A DNA stretch of 64,000 nt from Thermoguttaceae bacterium (GTDB taxonomy: Bacteria > Planctomycetota > Planctomycetia > Pirellulales > Thermoguttaceae), in the NCBI GenBank assembly GCA_017408405.1, contig JAFQUP010000118.1:12687-76686 (forward strand), written 5' to 3'. Position 1 is the stretch's first letter. The number at the start of each line of letters is the position of its first letter. The position numbers and the translations under genes are program-made. Shown here piece after piece: positions 47,789-57,331 of this stretch. The notes under the pieces were generated by a model. It had not been told where the DNA came from and did not search any database. It was given only the letters and a program-made list of their open reading frames with translations.

Positions 47789-48075
47789 TTCTTTACCCGA
47801 TCATTGCCGAAAATTCATGAATTTAACAGATCTTCGCGTATTGAAAGATCCATTGGTCTATTCTTCTGGAAAACGTTTCCCCAATACTATTTTATCCGGA
47901 TTCATCCGAAAAGCAAGCGGTACCGAAGGATTTTTTGAAAAAATTTCAAATGTTTTAAAATTTTCGAAGGTTTTTCGAATGATTTGAATTTCGGTAATAC
48001 TGCTTAAAATATCAAGAAATTTTTGCATCAAGGCAAATTTCAACTTAATTTAACCAATTTAACCAGTCTTGCGGC

Positions 48076-48480
48076 TTAACCGTTAAATTCTGCCATATTT
48101 CGAGCCGTTTCCCAAACACGGACGCGAATAACATTCAGTCCCATGCTTTGTGCTTTTCCAAAAATAAGAGCCGCAATATTTTCCGCGGTTGGAATTGAAT
48201 CAATTTCAACGATTTTCTGCCCCGCGTTCCTCAAAAGCGGAAGAAGAGGATCCTCACGAAAAAGAATCGTATGGTGGTCCAGTTCCTCGTCAATCCACGC
48301 TTCAATTCCGGAACGGAATTCCCCGAAATCCATGACCATTCCGCCGTCATCAAGTGAATCCGCCTGAATGGTGATCTCGACACGGCCGTTATGCCCGTGC
48401 AGAAACCGGCATTTTCCCGCGTGATCGGGAAGACGGTGCCCATAGCAAAAATCCATTTGTCGTGAAATTGAGTAACTCAT
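48076..48480 (-). CDS. queD: 6-carboxytetrahydropterin / 6-pyruvoyl-tetrahydropterin synthase family protein
   Basis: 134 aa. DFCYGHRL and CRFLHGHNGRVE match the PTPS/QueD zinc and catalytic motifs. Confidence 0.85.
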   Translation of the reverse strand: MSYSISRQMDFCYGHRLPDHAGKCRFLHGHNGRVEITIQADSLDDGGMVMDFGEFRSGIEAWIDEELDHHTILFREDPLLPLLRNAGQKIVEIDSIPTAENIAALIFGKAQSMGLNVIRVRVWETARNMAEFNG

Positions 48481-48528
48481 GAAATTACTTTCCTTGGGAA
48501 TTGATCAATTTTCCAAATTTTCGTCAGG

Positions 48529-50880
48529 TCAATGTTTCAGGATTTTGTCCATTTGAAGGATTAGGAAGTGCCGCGTATTGTCACGGAAAATCTGCTGATT
48601 GAAAATCGTTCTCGCGGAACGGTTCATCGCGTCAGCTTCCGCCGTGAATCCTCGATGCTGAAACGCGAACGCGCAGTCTCGGTAAACGCTTGATTGCCGG
48701 AAAAGATTCGATTCCTGCTTTTTAAGCAAAGGTTCAAAAACAGCCTGAATTTTGTCCTGTTCCTTCTCTTTCATAGCTTGAGTCAGAGTTTGAGCGGCAG
48801 TTAATTCCTGAACGAGCCAAAATTGCTCCGGATACTTCCACTGAGCAAGAATATCTTCTGCCTGAGTCAGAGCGGTATGGACCGTTCCGAGAGCTTTTTT
48901 GGAAAGGTCTTTCTGGATGAGAGTAAGACGCAGCGTAACGAGAGCCTGACGCGCGATCAGCGGATGATTTTCCGGTACCGCGTCACGGGTTTCCCGAACA
49001 AGTTTTTTCTGATCTTCCTGAAGCTGATTAAGCATACTGATTGTCAGACCTTCTTTCGCGGCGAAACGTCCCAGAACCTGAAGTTCCTTCATGAGCGTTT
49101 CCGTTACGAGAAGCGGATAAGCGGAGCCATTCTGAAATTTCTCTTTAACGGTTTTGAGAGCCACCGCGTAGTTTTCGTCGGTGTCGCGTCCCTCAAGAAT
49201 CAGGCTGTTCTTCATCAAAAGCTGTTCAACCGGGACCGCCCAAAACGGTACTTTAGCGGCTTCCGTCAAATTCCATGCCTTGTGCAGGCCGCCGATCAGC
49301 TCAAAAAGATCCGCGTATTTGGTTTGAAACGTTTTAGCGTCCGGAAACTGTTCCGAAGAAAACTGATTCGTCAGAGCTGCCTGCGCTTCGCTAACCCATG
49401 GTCCAAGAAAACAGACCGACTTACGGTACGCGGGATCCGCGGTTTCTGTTTCAAGACGTTCCAACGCTAAAATTTCCTCAAACATTTTGCGGACTCGCGT
49501 AAAGTATTCTTCGGGAGAAGAAAAGACCATACTCTGATCCCATTCTTTCGCGTTGTCGCTAAAATCGGTTCCAAGAGAAGCCGCGGCGTGAGCTTTCGTA
49601 TTCAAAGCGCACATTTGAAGGATTTTCGCGCCGCGCGGCACTAAAGAACGAGTGAGCGGCAGTACCGCATTTGCGGTGGAAACCGCACTGGCACAATCTC
49701 CGGAGAGGAGTTGAACGACCGCCATGTTGGTACTCGCGGCACGAACACGGCGCTCGAGAAGCTGCTGCTCAGTCCTGATTTCGGTATTTAGGGAAGAAGA
49801 GGCTGATTTTTTTTCATTGGAAGCGGAATCATCGGCCGACTGTTTTTTCTGGTTGAAACGGGCAAGCGCGTTACTCTGGCGCAAGAAAAATTTCTTGTAG
49901 TCCGCGCAGACGAATTCATTTAATTCACCCCGAAGAAGCCGCAGCGCGAGTTTCCAATGCGGAAGAGCCTGGTCATCACCGATTGCTTCCGCGACGGCCT
50001 TGGCGTCAAGTTCGCCCAATGCTTTGGCCGCGTCTTCAAGTTTTCCGGAATAGGCGAGAGCAATAGCAGCCTGAAAAGCGATTTCAGGATCAGTTTTCCC
50101 GGCGGCAAGCACTGCCTGGTATTCTTCCGCGGCACGCTCCCCCTTACCGGCGAGAAGAGACGCTTGCGCCATGGCGAGCCAGACTCCGGAAGTTTTGGTT
50201 TCTGAAAGGTTTCCGTTCGCGTGGGCCAGCTCAAAATGATTTCGGAACATATCCGCGTACATCGTCCATTCCAGATATTTGGGCGGAATGTTCGCGGCCC
50301 AGTCCCCCGTATCCATGAGCATTGGCGGAGCCAGCGCCAGTACGTTGTCGCTGACCGCGAAAAGATACGGGTGGTAAAATTCCTCAGCGGCCATTTCAGC
50401 GAAATCCGGCATTGGCATTTCCGGCGGCCGACAGGGAGAAATTAATGTCATTAAGATGAAAAGAACCAAACCGCTCACCGCAGAAGGAATGATTTCCTTA
50501 CGGATTCCCTTAGGAAAGCCGGGAAATTTTTTCGTATAGAATTTGGCTTGCTTCATTGCCTTCAGGGCACGCGCGAAGTTTTCCTCATCCTTAATGTACT
50601 CGATATCCTTGGCCGTTAGGCTTTTTTTCAGAAGAAAAAAAATCGCGCAGCTCATCAGGGGAGCCAGCAGAAGAGGCAGAAGCAGCCGAATCCAAAGCGC
50701 GTTGGGAAATTCAGGCACGAAAAAAAGCACGACATAAGCGGTAAGCAGGATGAAAAGAAAAACTGAGGCGAAAAGTTTCTGTTTCGCTCCGACAGACATG
50801 TTTTTTTTCGGGGCGGATGCCTTGGAGACCTTGGCTGCCTCTGATTTTTTGGGGGGATTGGATTTTTTCTGTGCGTTCAT
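48529..50880 (-). CDS. membrane-anchored helical-repeat (TPR-like) hypothetical protein (783 aa)
   Basis: Lys-rich N-terminus, three hydrophobic helices, then a long alpha-helical region. GAGGAA ribosome-binding site. Confidence 0.75.
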   Translation of the reverse strand: MNAQKKSNPPKKSEAAKVSKASAPKKNMSVGAKQKLFASVFLFILLTAYVVLFFVPEFPNALWIRLLLPLLLAPLMSCAIFFLLKKSLTAKDIEYIKDEENFARALKAMKQAKFYTKKFPGFPKGIRKEIIPSAVSGLVLFILMTLISPCRPPEMPMPDFAEMAAEEFYHPYLFAVSDNVLALAPPMLMDTGDWAANIPPKYLEWTMYADMFRNHFELAHANGNLSETKTSGVWLAMAQASLLAGKGERAAEEYQAVLAAGKTDPEIAFQAAIALAYSGKLEDAAKALGELDAKAVAEAIGDDQALPHWKLALRLLRGELNEFVCADYKKFFLRQSNALARFNQKKQSADDSASNEKKSASSSLNTEIRTEQQLLERRVRAASTNMAVVQLLSGDCASAVSTANAVLPLTRSLVPRGAKILQMCALNTKAHAAASLGTDFSDNAKEWDQSMVFSSPEEYFTRVRKMFEEILALERLETETADPAYRKSVCFLGPWVSEAQAALTNQFSSEQFPDAKTFQTKYADLFELIGGLHKAWNLTEAAKVPFWAVPVEQLLMKNSLILEGRDTDENYAVALKTVKEKFQNGSAYPLLVTETLMKELQVLGRFAAKEGLTISMLNQLQEDQKKLVRETRDAVPENHPLIARQALVTLRLTLIQKDLSKKALGTVHTALTQAEDILAQWKYPEQFWLVQELTAAQTLTQAMKEKEQDKIQAVFEPLLKKQESNLFRQSSVYRDCAFAFQHRGFTAEADAMNRSARTIFNQQIFRDNTRHFLILQMDKILKH

Positions 50881-51090
50881 GCCGGCAATTCCTCAAATTT
50901 CAAGAAAAGGGGATATTTTCAACTTCTTTTATTTTATCACAAATTACTTATTGATTCAACAGACCAAGAGCAATATTTTGTGATTTTTTCTGTTTTTTCA
51001 GTGGAAAACTGAGAATCAGAAAACTTTTGACGGCAATTTGTTCCTGTTTGAGGAAATTTAGAAGAATCTGAATAATTCCTGAGGGGCTTT

Positions 51091-51124
51091 AACTCCTCTA
51101 AAATTTTCATTTTTTAGAGGAGTT
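51091..51124 (-). terminator. perfect 13-bp inverted repeat, a possible terminator downstream of the radical SAM gene
   Basis: AACTCCTCTAAAA, 8-nt loop, TTTTAGAGGAGTT. No clean U-run follows on the minus strand. Confidence 0.35.
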
Positions 51125-51247
51125 TTCAGTTCATTGGCGTTTTTTAAGGGAAAGTAATTGAAAGGCGGAACATGAGAATTTCATTCACGGAAATCTGCTT
51201 TCGCGAGCTAAACGAAACTCTTGATGAAAATTTCTCTTTGGAGAAGT

Positions 51248-52255
51248 TTATTTCGGTTTTTGAAAGATTTCCGAAGGAATTTGAAAAGGCTGTTCCGAGA
51301 AGAATTCTCCCTGTTTCCATCCATTCTTTTCCATTGTCTGAATAATCTGCTCCATAATTTCCTTTTTTTTCATGATCCATTCCGGCGCGACGAGCATTTC
51401 CCGGGCGCAATCTCCTGATATCCGATGAACAATGAGTTTTGGGGAAATGTGCGTCAGTACGTAAACCGCCCAGTCAACATATTCCGCCATCGTAATTGGC
51501 TCAAATTCACCATTTTGGTATTGCTGAGCGAGTCGTGTGCCGGCCAGAACGTAAAGGGAATGGATTTTAATTCCCTGAATGTCGTGCCGATTCAGAAAAT
51601 CAACTGTTCGGATGATGTGTTCCTTCGTTTCTCCCGGAAGACCAAGCAGAATGTGCGTCACGACATTCAGATTTCGCTGCCGAAGAATTTCCACCGCTTG
51701 AGTGAAACGTTTACTTTCGTATCCGCGATTAATTCTTCGCGCGGTCTGATCGTCAGAGGTCTGGAGGCCAAGTTCAATTTGGAGATAGTATTTTCGCGCG
51801 TATTCCGCAAGAAGATCCGCGATTTCTTCCGAAACGCAGTCGGCGCGGGTTCCAATGGCGAGTCCAACGATTCGCGGGTCTCCATCAGCTAAAGCCGAAT
51901 CATATTTCGCGCGAAGAACGGGGACCGGAGCGTAAGTATTCGTAAAATTCTGGAAATAAACAATAAATTTTTCCGCGCGATGTTTCAGGCGGGCTTTCTC
52001 CATGGCGGAGCTGATTTGCTCCCGAATTCCGTTTCCGGTAATGAACTCGCCCGCACCGCGTTCTCCGCAAAAAACGCATCCGCCTGTTCCGCATGTTCCA
52101 TCCCGATTCGGGCAGGTAAAACCGCCGTCAACGCATACTTTGTACGATTTTGAGCCAAAGATTTCCCTGAAACACGTGCTTACGTCGCGAAAAGGTTTTC
52201 TTTCCTGCGGCGGCGGGACACCGGGACCATATTTACGTTTGCGGATTCTTGCCAT
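51248..52255 (-). CDS. radical SAM protein, TIGR01212 (YhcC-like) family
   Basis: Contains FTCPNRDGTCGTGGCVFCGERG, the characteristic Cys cluster region of this family. Confidence 0.88.
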   Translation of the reverse strand: MARIRKRKYGPGVPPPQERKPFRDVSTCFREIFGSKSYKVCVDGGFTCPNRDGTCGTGGCVFCGERGAGEFITGNGIREQISSAMEKARLKHRAEKFIVYFQNFTNTYAPVPVLRAKYDSALADGDPRIVGLAIGTRADCVSEEIADLLAEYARKYYLQIELGLQTSDDQTARRINRGYESKRFTQAVEILRQRNLNVVTHILLGLPGETKEHIIRTVDFLNRHDIQGIKIHSLYVLAGTRLAQQYQNGEFEPITMAEYVDWAVYVLTHISPKLIVHRISGDCAREMLVAPEWIMKKKEIMEQIIQTMEKNGWKQGEFFSEQPFQIPSEIFQKPK

Positions 52256-52344
52256 TTCAAAAATAAAGATCTGAAAAAATTGAAAACGGAATATCTGAAA
52301 GTCCTGAATTAAAGAAGGCGGAAGATCCAGGAGTTTCTCGAAAT

Positions 52345-52378
52345 AAAAAACCGCGTGAAATGAGGAGATCTCACGCGG
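52345..52378 (-). terminator. intrinsic terminator after fliA
   Basis: On the minus strand, a CCGCGTGA / TCACGCGG stem followed by T6. Confidence 0.7.
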
Positions 52379-52448
52379 ATGGGGTTTTCACGAGGAAAAC
52401 ACGTGGAATCAGGAAAACGGCTTGTCCCGAAAATTTAACCAGAAAAAA

Positions 52449-53234
52449 TCAGGTGGATGGGAGAAGTTCGTTTCTTCTCGGAAGAAGCTGCTTTTTGAGA
52501 CGCTTCATCATCTGAGAATGCATCTGGCTGACGCGGCTTTCGGAAAGATTCAGGGTCGCGCCGATTTCTTTCATCGTCATTTCTTCGTAATAGTAGAGAA
52601 TCAGAATCAGACGCTCATTTTGACTTAAGCCCTTCGTAATGAGACGGATCAGGTCTTTTCTTTGAAGGGAATTAATCGGATCTTCTGTTTTGCGGTCTTC
52701 AAGAACATCACCTTCGTTGAGATCCTTGTCGTCACTTTCATTTGCCCATTTATTGTTCAGGCTGACCAGGCCTACGGTCGTGGTTTCTTTTTTGAGTTTT
52801 TCCACTTCAGCAGGCGTAATCTGCATGACTTCAGCGATTTCCTCATTGGTAGGCGTTCGACCAAGGCGAAGCTCCAATTTGTGCGTGACATCATTCAATT
52901 TTGAGGCACGTGAACGAATCAAACGCGGAACCCAGTCCAGATTTCTGATTTCATCCAGCATGGCTCCCTGAATTCGCTGAATGCAGTACGTTTCAAATTT
53001 GACGCCTCGAGTAATATCGAAAGACTCAATGGCATCCATGAGACCAAAATATCCTGACGAAATCAGGTCATCAAGTTCGACCTCATTGGGAAATCTTGCC
53101 CTGATTTTTTCACCGTTAAATTTTACGATCGGCATGTACGCTTCCATGAGCTGGTTACGCAATTCAACCGTTGGATTTTTTTTGTATTCAACCCAAATGT
53201 CGTCCATATGCGCTGAAATTTTTGGATTTGCCAC
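52449..53234 (-). CDS. fliA: flagellar sigma factor (sigma-28, FliA/WhiG family)
   Basis: GTG start with AGGAGG 6 nt upstream. Region 2 shows LISSGYFGLMDAIESFD and region 4 shows EMTMKEIGATLNLSESRVSQMH. Confidence 0.9.
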   Translation of the reverse strand: MANPKISAHMDDIWVEYKKNPTVELRNQLMEAYMPIVKFNGEKIRARFPNEVELDDLISSGYFGLMDAIESFDITRGVKFETYCIQRIQGAMLDEIRNLDWVPRLIRSRASKLNDVTHKLELRLGRTPTNEEIAEVMQITPAEVEKLKKETTTVGLVSLNNKWANESDDKDLNEGDVLEDRKTEDPINSLQRKDLIRLITKGLSQNERLILILYYYEEMTMKEIGATLNLSESRVSQMHSQMMKRLKKQLLPRRNELLPST

Positions 53235-53658
53235 TGAATTCCTCCTGATTTTTATCCTGTTTCTGCGGAGTCGTTTATTTCTTTGACGAAAATAAACTTT
53301 TGCCGTCTGTTCTCCTCAACATTGGGCACCGCCTTATTTGAAGCGTGAGTTCCAAAGCCATCCGCTTCAGAAATGTGACGGAAACAGGACTCTCTTTCTA
53401 TTTAATTAAACTTTTTTTGATTAAGCGATCTGTTTGGACGGCGTAAAAGCCATTTATTCTTTTTAATCGTTTCTTCTGAATATCTATTGGAAAATTCGGA
53501 AGAAGCAACTGCCGAAACGTTTGCCGAACATTCAGCGAAAGCTGGTTCGGCATTCTGTTTAACGTGTTTAATTGGAAACCCAACTTTAATCATATTCCGC
53601 GGAACCCAAATCTCTCTTCCCAAAATTTGACTGGAAAAAATTTTTCGCCGCGTAATTC

Positions 53659-55536
53659 CTAACGAATCTGCTCATCGCCCAGGATTAACTTCGCGAGTCT
53701 CGCCCGATCCGCAGTTTCAAAATCATCCGGCACTTTCTGCCCAGTCGTAAGATAACTGACCGGAAGTCCCGCAGTCCGCAGAAGAGGGAAAAGATTCCCC
53801 AATCCGAGTGATTCATCAAGTTTCGTCAAAACGAGTGAAGTCGTTCCGAGGCTTTTGAATGACTCAACGGTTTGCGTCAAAAGACGCAGTCTCGCGGTTA
53901 CGGAAAGGACGAGCATCACGCTGTTGACCTGAGCCGTATCGAAAAAGAGACGCATTTCCTGAAGAGAAAGCTCTCCGGCACGGCTTTGCCCCGCGGTGTC
54001 AATCAGAACCAGATCAAAATCATTCATTCTGGCAATCGCGTCACGGAGCTGGCGTTTCGTGGAAGCGCAAAGCATTGGGATTCCAATGACATCCGCAAAA
54101 GTTTGAAGCTGCTCGACAGCTCCCATTCTGGAAAGGTCAAACGTAATTAAACCAACCTGGCAATTTTTTTTCTGACGGTAATCAATTGCCAGTTTCGCGA
54201 TAGTAGTCGTTTTCCCGACTCCAGTAGGACCAACCAACGCGACAGTTTGACGCTTTCCGGGATGAATCGGAATGGGACCGGCAGTCTGAATCTCCTGGCA
54301 AACGAGTTCCTGAAGACGTTTTTCAAGGAAACGCAAATTCGCGTTTGGTTCACGTTTTCCAGCCGCCGCGTAAAGCAGTTCATCTTCCCGGAGACGAGCC
54401 ATCAGGTCCGCGATGGAGTACTCATCCATGTCCGCGGTTTGAAGTTTTGAATAAACCTGAAGCAGGGCATCTCGAAATCGCGCGGGAATTGGAAGTTTTT
54501 TTTCCTCTGAAAATCCGGCAACGCGGCTAAAAAAGGAATTTCCGTTTCCAAAAAGGAGGTTTGATTCCATCGAGGGAAGCAAGCGTTCAGAAAAGCTTTC
54601 ACTGCAATTTTCTGAACACTGCTTTTGAGAAGGAGCGGAGCGGCGTTTTCGAAAAGCAGGAACTGCCGATTCATTCTTTCGCTCAATTTCAGGAGTTGAT
54701 TCAGAAACTCGAATCAAAGGCTCTTCCGAAATTTCCGCTGTTCCTGAAAAACACTCCGGTTCCGCGCATTCTGAAACCAGTTCACCGGAAATTCTGTTCC
54801 AAAATGGCGCGGGAGATGATTCGCTAAAGGCTCTCTGGTCAAATGTCCGCACTTGAAGGATACTTTTACGCGATTCCGTTTTCACGCTGGATAAAGTATT
54901 CTCAGCACTCGTTTCCATGCCCGAATCTGACACTTTATCCGCAAATGAAAAGATTCCGCCGGGGCAGACTGGAAACATTTTTTCTTCATTCGCGGCGCGA
55001 AATGAGGCTGAATGAACGTTTTCAACTTCTGAAGACGCGCAAAACGTGCCATCGCGCGGTGGACTTTCTCTGAATGAAATGTCCCGCAGCTCTGAAAAAT
55101 CTGTCAAGGACGCATTTTCTCTTCTTTGTTCCTCATTTCCTTCGGAGAGCCTCCCCAAATCCCCTTCTTCCATAAACCGCATCTCCGCAGCGCGGAATAT
55201 GTTTTTTTTCCTGTTTTCCGAAACTTCACCAGAAACCGCGTCCGCGTTTTCTTCTGTTTCACTTTCCGGCAGTTCGCCTGTTCCCATTCCTCCCTGTTTC
55301 CGGAACGGTTCGTGATTTTCACTTCGTATGCTTTTTTCTGAAACAGAAACACGCGCCCCGTCAAATTCCTCGTCGGTAGCGGTAACTTCCACGAGGTTTT
55401 CTCCGCGAATAAGTCCAAAAAATTTCCTGGATTGAATTTCACGTGTTTCCAGTATCGTGGCGTTCAGTCCAAAATCGTTTCGAATCAGCGCGAAGGCCTC
55501 GCACAAATCTTTTGCCCGATAGATTTTGACTGCCAT
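53659..55536 (-). CDS. flhF: flagellar biosynthesis GTPase FlhF with a very long low-complexity insertion
   Basis: Start set to the ATG at 55536 (GGGAG 6 nt upstream; MAVKIYRAKDLCEAFALIRNDFG). The SRP-type GTPase motifs GPTGVGKTTT, DTAGQS and TKLDE are all present. Confidence 0.88.
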   Translation of the reverse strand: MAVKIYRAKDLCEAFALIRNDFGLNATILETREIQSRKFFGLIRGENLVEVTATDEEFDGARVSVSEKSIRSENHEPFRKQGGMGTGELPESETEENADAVSGEVSENRKKNIFRAAEMRFMEEGDLGRLSEGNEEQRRENASLTDFSELRDISFRESPPRDGTFCASSEVENVHSASFRAANEEKMFPVCPGGIFSFADKVSDSGMETSAENTLSSVKTESRKSILQVRTFDQRAFSESSPAPFWNRISGELVSECAEPECFSGTAEISEEPLIRVSESTPEIERKNESAVPAFRKRRSAPSQKQCSENCSESFSERLLPSMESNLLFGNGNSFFSRVAGFSEEKKLPIPARFRDALLQVYSKLQTADMDEYSIADLMARLREDELLYAAAGKREPNANLRFLEKRLQELVCQEIQTAGPIPIHPGKRQTVALVGPTGVGKTTTIAKLAIDYRQKKNCQVGLITFDLSRMGAVEQLQTFADVIGIPMLCASTKRQLRDAIARMNDFDLVLIDTAGQSRAGELSLQEMRLFFDTAQVNSVMLVLSVTARLRLLTQTVESFKSLGTTSLVLTKLDESLGLGNLFPLLRTAGLPVSYLTTGQKVPDDFETADRARLAKLILGDEQIR

Positions 55537-55724
55537 GAAAGCTCCCGAACGATCGGCTTGTTCCGAATAGGAATTGAATACTGTCCTGATTTTTTTCAAT
55601 GATAAATAGAGAGTAACAATTTTTAAGTTTTTGCGCAATAGCGATTTTCAAAAAAAGAATGTTTCCTGTTAAAAATTTTTTCTTGCCGAGTGTTGGCGTT
55701 TTCACTAAAAAGACATCGCCCATT

Positions 55725-55762
55725 AAAAACGTTCAGCTGAGGGGGAGATTCTCAGCTGAACG
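55725..55762 (-). terminator. intrinsic terminator after the porin gene
   Basis: Perfect 12-bp stem CGTTCAGCTGAG / CTCAGCTGAACG followed by T5 on the minus strand. Confidence 0.75.
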
Positions 55763-55792
55763 GGCTTGGGCAGGCAGCGGACTAAGAATTAA

Positions 55793-56992
55793 TCAAAGAG
55801 CAATGACTCCGCGCAGTCCCATGACGAAAACCGTGTCATTTTCCGCGTCACCTTCGGCATTGTCCACCCATTGAAAGTTTGGAGTGAGGAAAATATTTTC
55901 CGTAAGCTGTGCCTGATAGTAAAGTTCGATATGATGTTCATCATCCGGATTTTCAAGCGTTTGCGCGTAAGAATCCGACAGCGTCGCGATGCCATATCCC
56001 AAACCAATCGTGTCATTCGGACGCCAATCGAAATTCATCAACTGGAAACCAAAACTGATGTGCTGATCAATCGGATTGAATTCCTCATCCGGTTTCCATC
56101 CGTAACGGCACCAGAGTCCAAGTTTTGAGGTAATTTCCTGATCAAAAGAGAATCCCCATCCATACGTAGAGTAAGCCTCCATTTCTTCATCAGGATCTTC
56201 AGCCCAACTCCCTGCCCAGCCATAGAAACGATAATTTCCCTGATGTCCGCAAAAGACAGGATGCCATCCAATTTCAAGAATGCCGAAATTACGGTCAAAA
56301 ATATCGTCCCAGCCGCTTGTGCTCTGGTATCCGAGTCCGACACTCAGGGTTTCTGCCGGCTGCCACCAGAGCATTGCGCCGAAAGTATTGTCCGGAATAT
56401 CAACGGCCAGGTTATTCACGAACCCGCTGGACATAAACTGGCCAACTTCATCATTCGCGTAGGCGTTGGTATCAAAGTCGGTCGTCAGGTCAACCTTCCC
56501 AATTCTCCCGCGCCACCTTCCATCCATCCACGTGCGTTCCCACCAGACTTCGGATACTTCGATCGAATCATCCCCCCAGGCGTGATCATTCCAGCCGGAG
56601 AAAGTTCCAATTCTTCCGTCAACACCTTCGCCGCCGCCAGCTTCAAGCAAAACATAAAAAGAATTTACGTCATCCAATTGAAAAAAAGCATCGAGATCAA
56701 TGCCGTAGACCGCGTCCGCCTGATCATCCCAGACGTCTGAACCCATGTTTCCCTGAACGACGCCTGAAATAGCCAGACTCCATTCAAATTTGTCCCAGAA
56801 TCCGCCTTCTTCCACTGGGGCAAGTTCAACGGCCTCAACATTTTCCTGAACGACGATTTGAGCCGCGCCAGGAACGGCTTCCGTTACGCTGCTTTCCCCA
56901 GCGGCAAGGCTCTGCGCGTTTACCATGGCAGAACCGGTCAATAGAGACAAAGCGACCCCTAGCACGCATACGCGGCTTCCCTGCTTTTTCAT
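55793..56992 (-). CDS. outer-membrane porin, OprB (carbohydrate-selective) family-like
   Basis: Signal peptide and an aromatic/Gly/Asp-rich beta-strand pattern. The C-terminal region YYQAQLTENIFLTPNFQWVDNAEGD...VFVMGLRG resembles OprB. Confidence 0.65.
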   Translation of the reverse strand: MKKQGSRVCVLGVALSLLTGSAMVNAQSLAAGESSVTEAVPGAAQIVVQENVEAVELAPVEEGGFWDKFEWSLAISGVVQGNMGSDVWDDQADAVYGIDLDAFFQLDDVNSFYVLLEAGGGEGVDGRIGTFSGWNDHAWGDDSIEVSEVWWERTWMDGRWRGRIGKVDLTTDFDTNAYANDEVGQFMSSGFVNNLAVDIPDNTFGAMLWWQPAETLSVGLGYQSTSGWDDIFDRNFGILEIGWHPVFCGHQGNYRFYGWAGSWAEDPDEEMEAYSTYGWGFSFDQEITSKLGLWCRYGWKPDEEFNPIDQHISFGFQLMNFDWRPNDTIGLGYGIATLSDSYAQTLENPDDEHHIELYYQAQLTENIFLTPNFQWVDNAEGDAENDTVFVMGLRGVIAL

Positions 56993-57226
56993 GAGAAACT
57001 CCCCTTTCTCAAAAAAGTCTTAATAAAAAAATGAAAAAATGCTCACGGAAAGGTTTAGTCAAACCTAAATCCGTCCAACTATTGAAAATTTCGGTAAAAA
57101 ATCTTCAGATCTCCAAAAAAACAGTGAAAAAATCACTATTTTAATGAAAATTTGTTTTCTAATTATTTTTCGACTTGTTCGTGGTAAGTTTTTTTGAGAA
57201 AATTTAACGGAAAGGGAATTTTTTAC

Positions 57227-57254
57227 TTGCGTTTTGGCAATAATATGGTACAAT
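57227..57254 (+). promoter_or_regulatory. sigma-70-type promoter candidate of the SGNH hydrolase gene
   Basis: TTGCGT 57227-57232, 16-nt spacer, TGgTACAAT with its -10 at 57249-57254. Confidence 0.5.
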
Positions 57255-57331
57255 TTGGAAAAATTGATGGGAGAATTTTTCGAGACACTCCCTTTCCCAT
57301 TTCCCCTACCATTTAAGATGGAGAAAAATTT

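Noticed and set aside
48481-48528. preQ1 riboswitch upstream of queD, fluoride riboswitch upstream of the ClC gene (62143-62300), and ZTP/THF riboswitches upstream of folD and glyA
   Set aside because: The leaders are short or lack the conserved cores as far as I can judge by eye. An Rfam scan would be needed to be sure.
53398-53623. 61- and 73-codon ORFs in the flhF-fliA gap as possible FlhG remnants
   Set aside because: They have no Walker-A or MinD-like sequence. Their products look like translated non-coding DNA.
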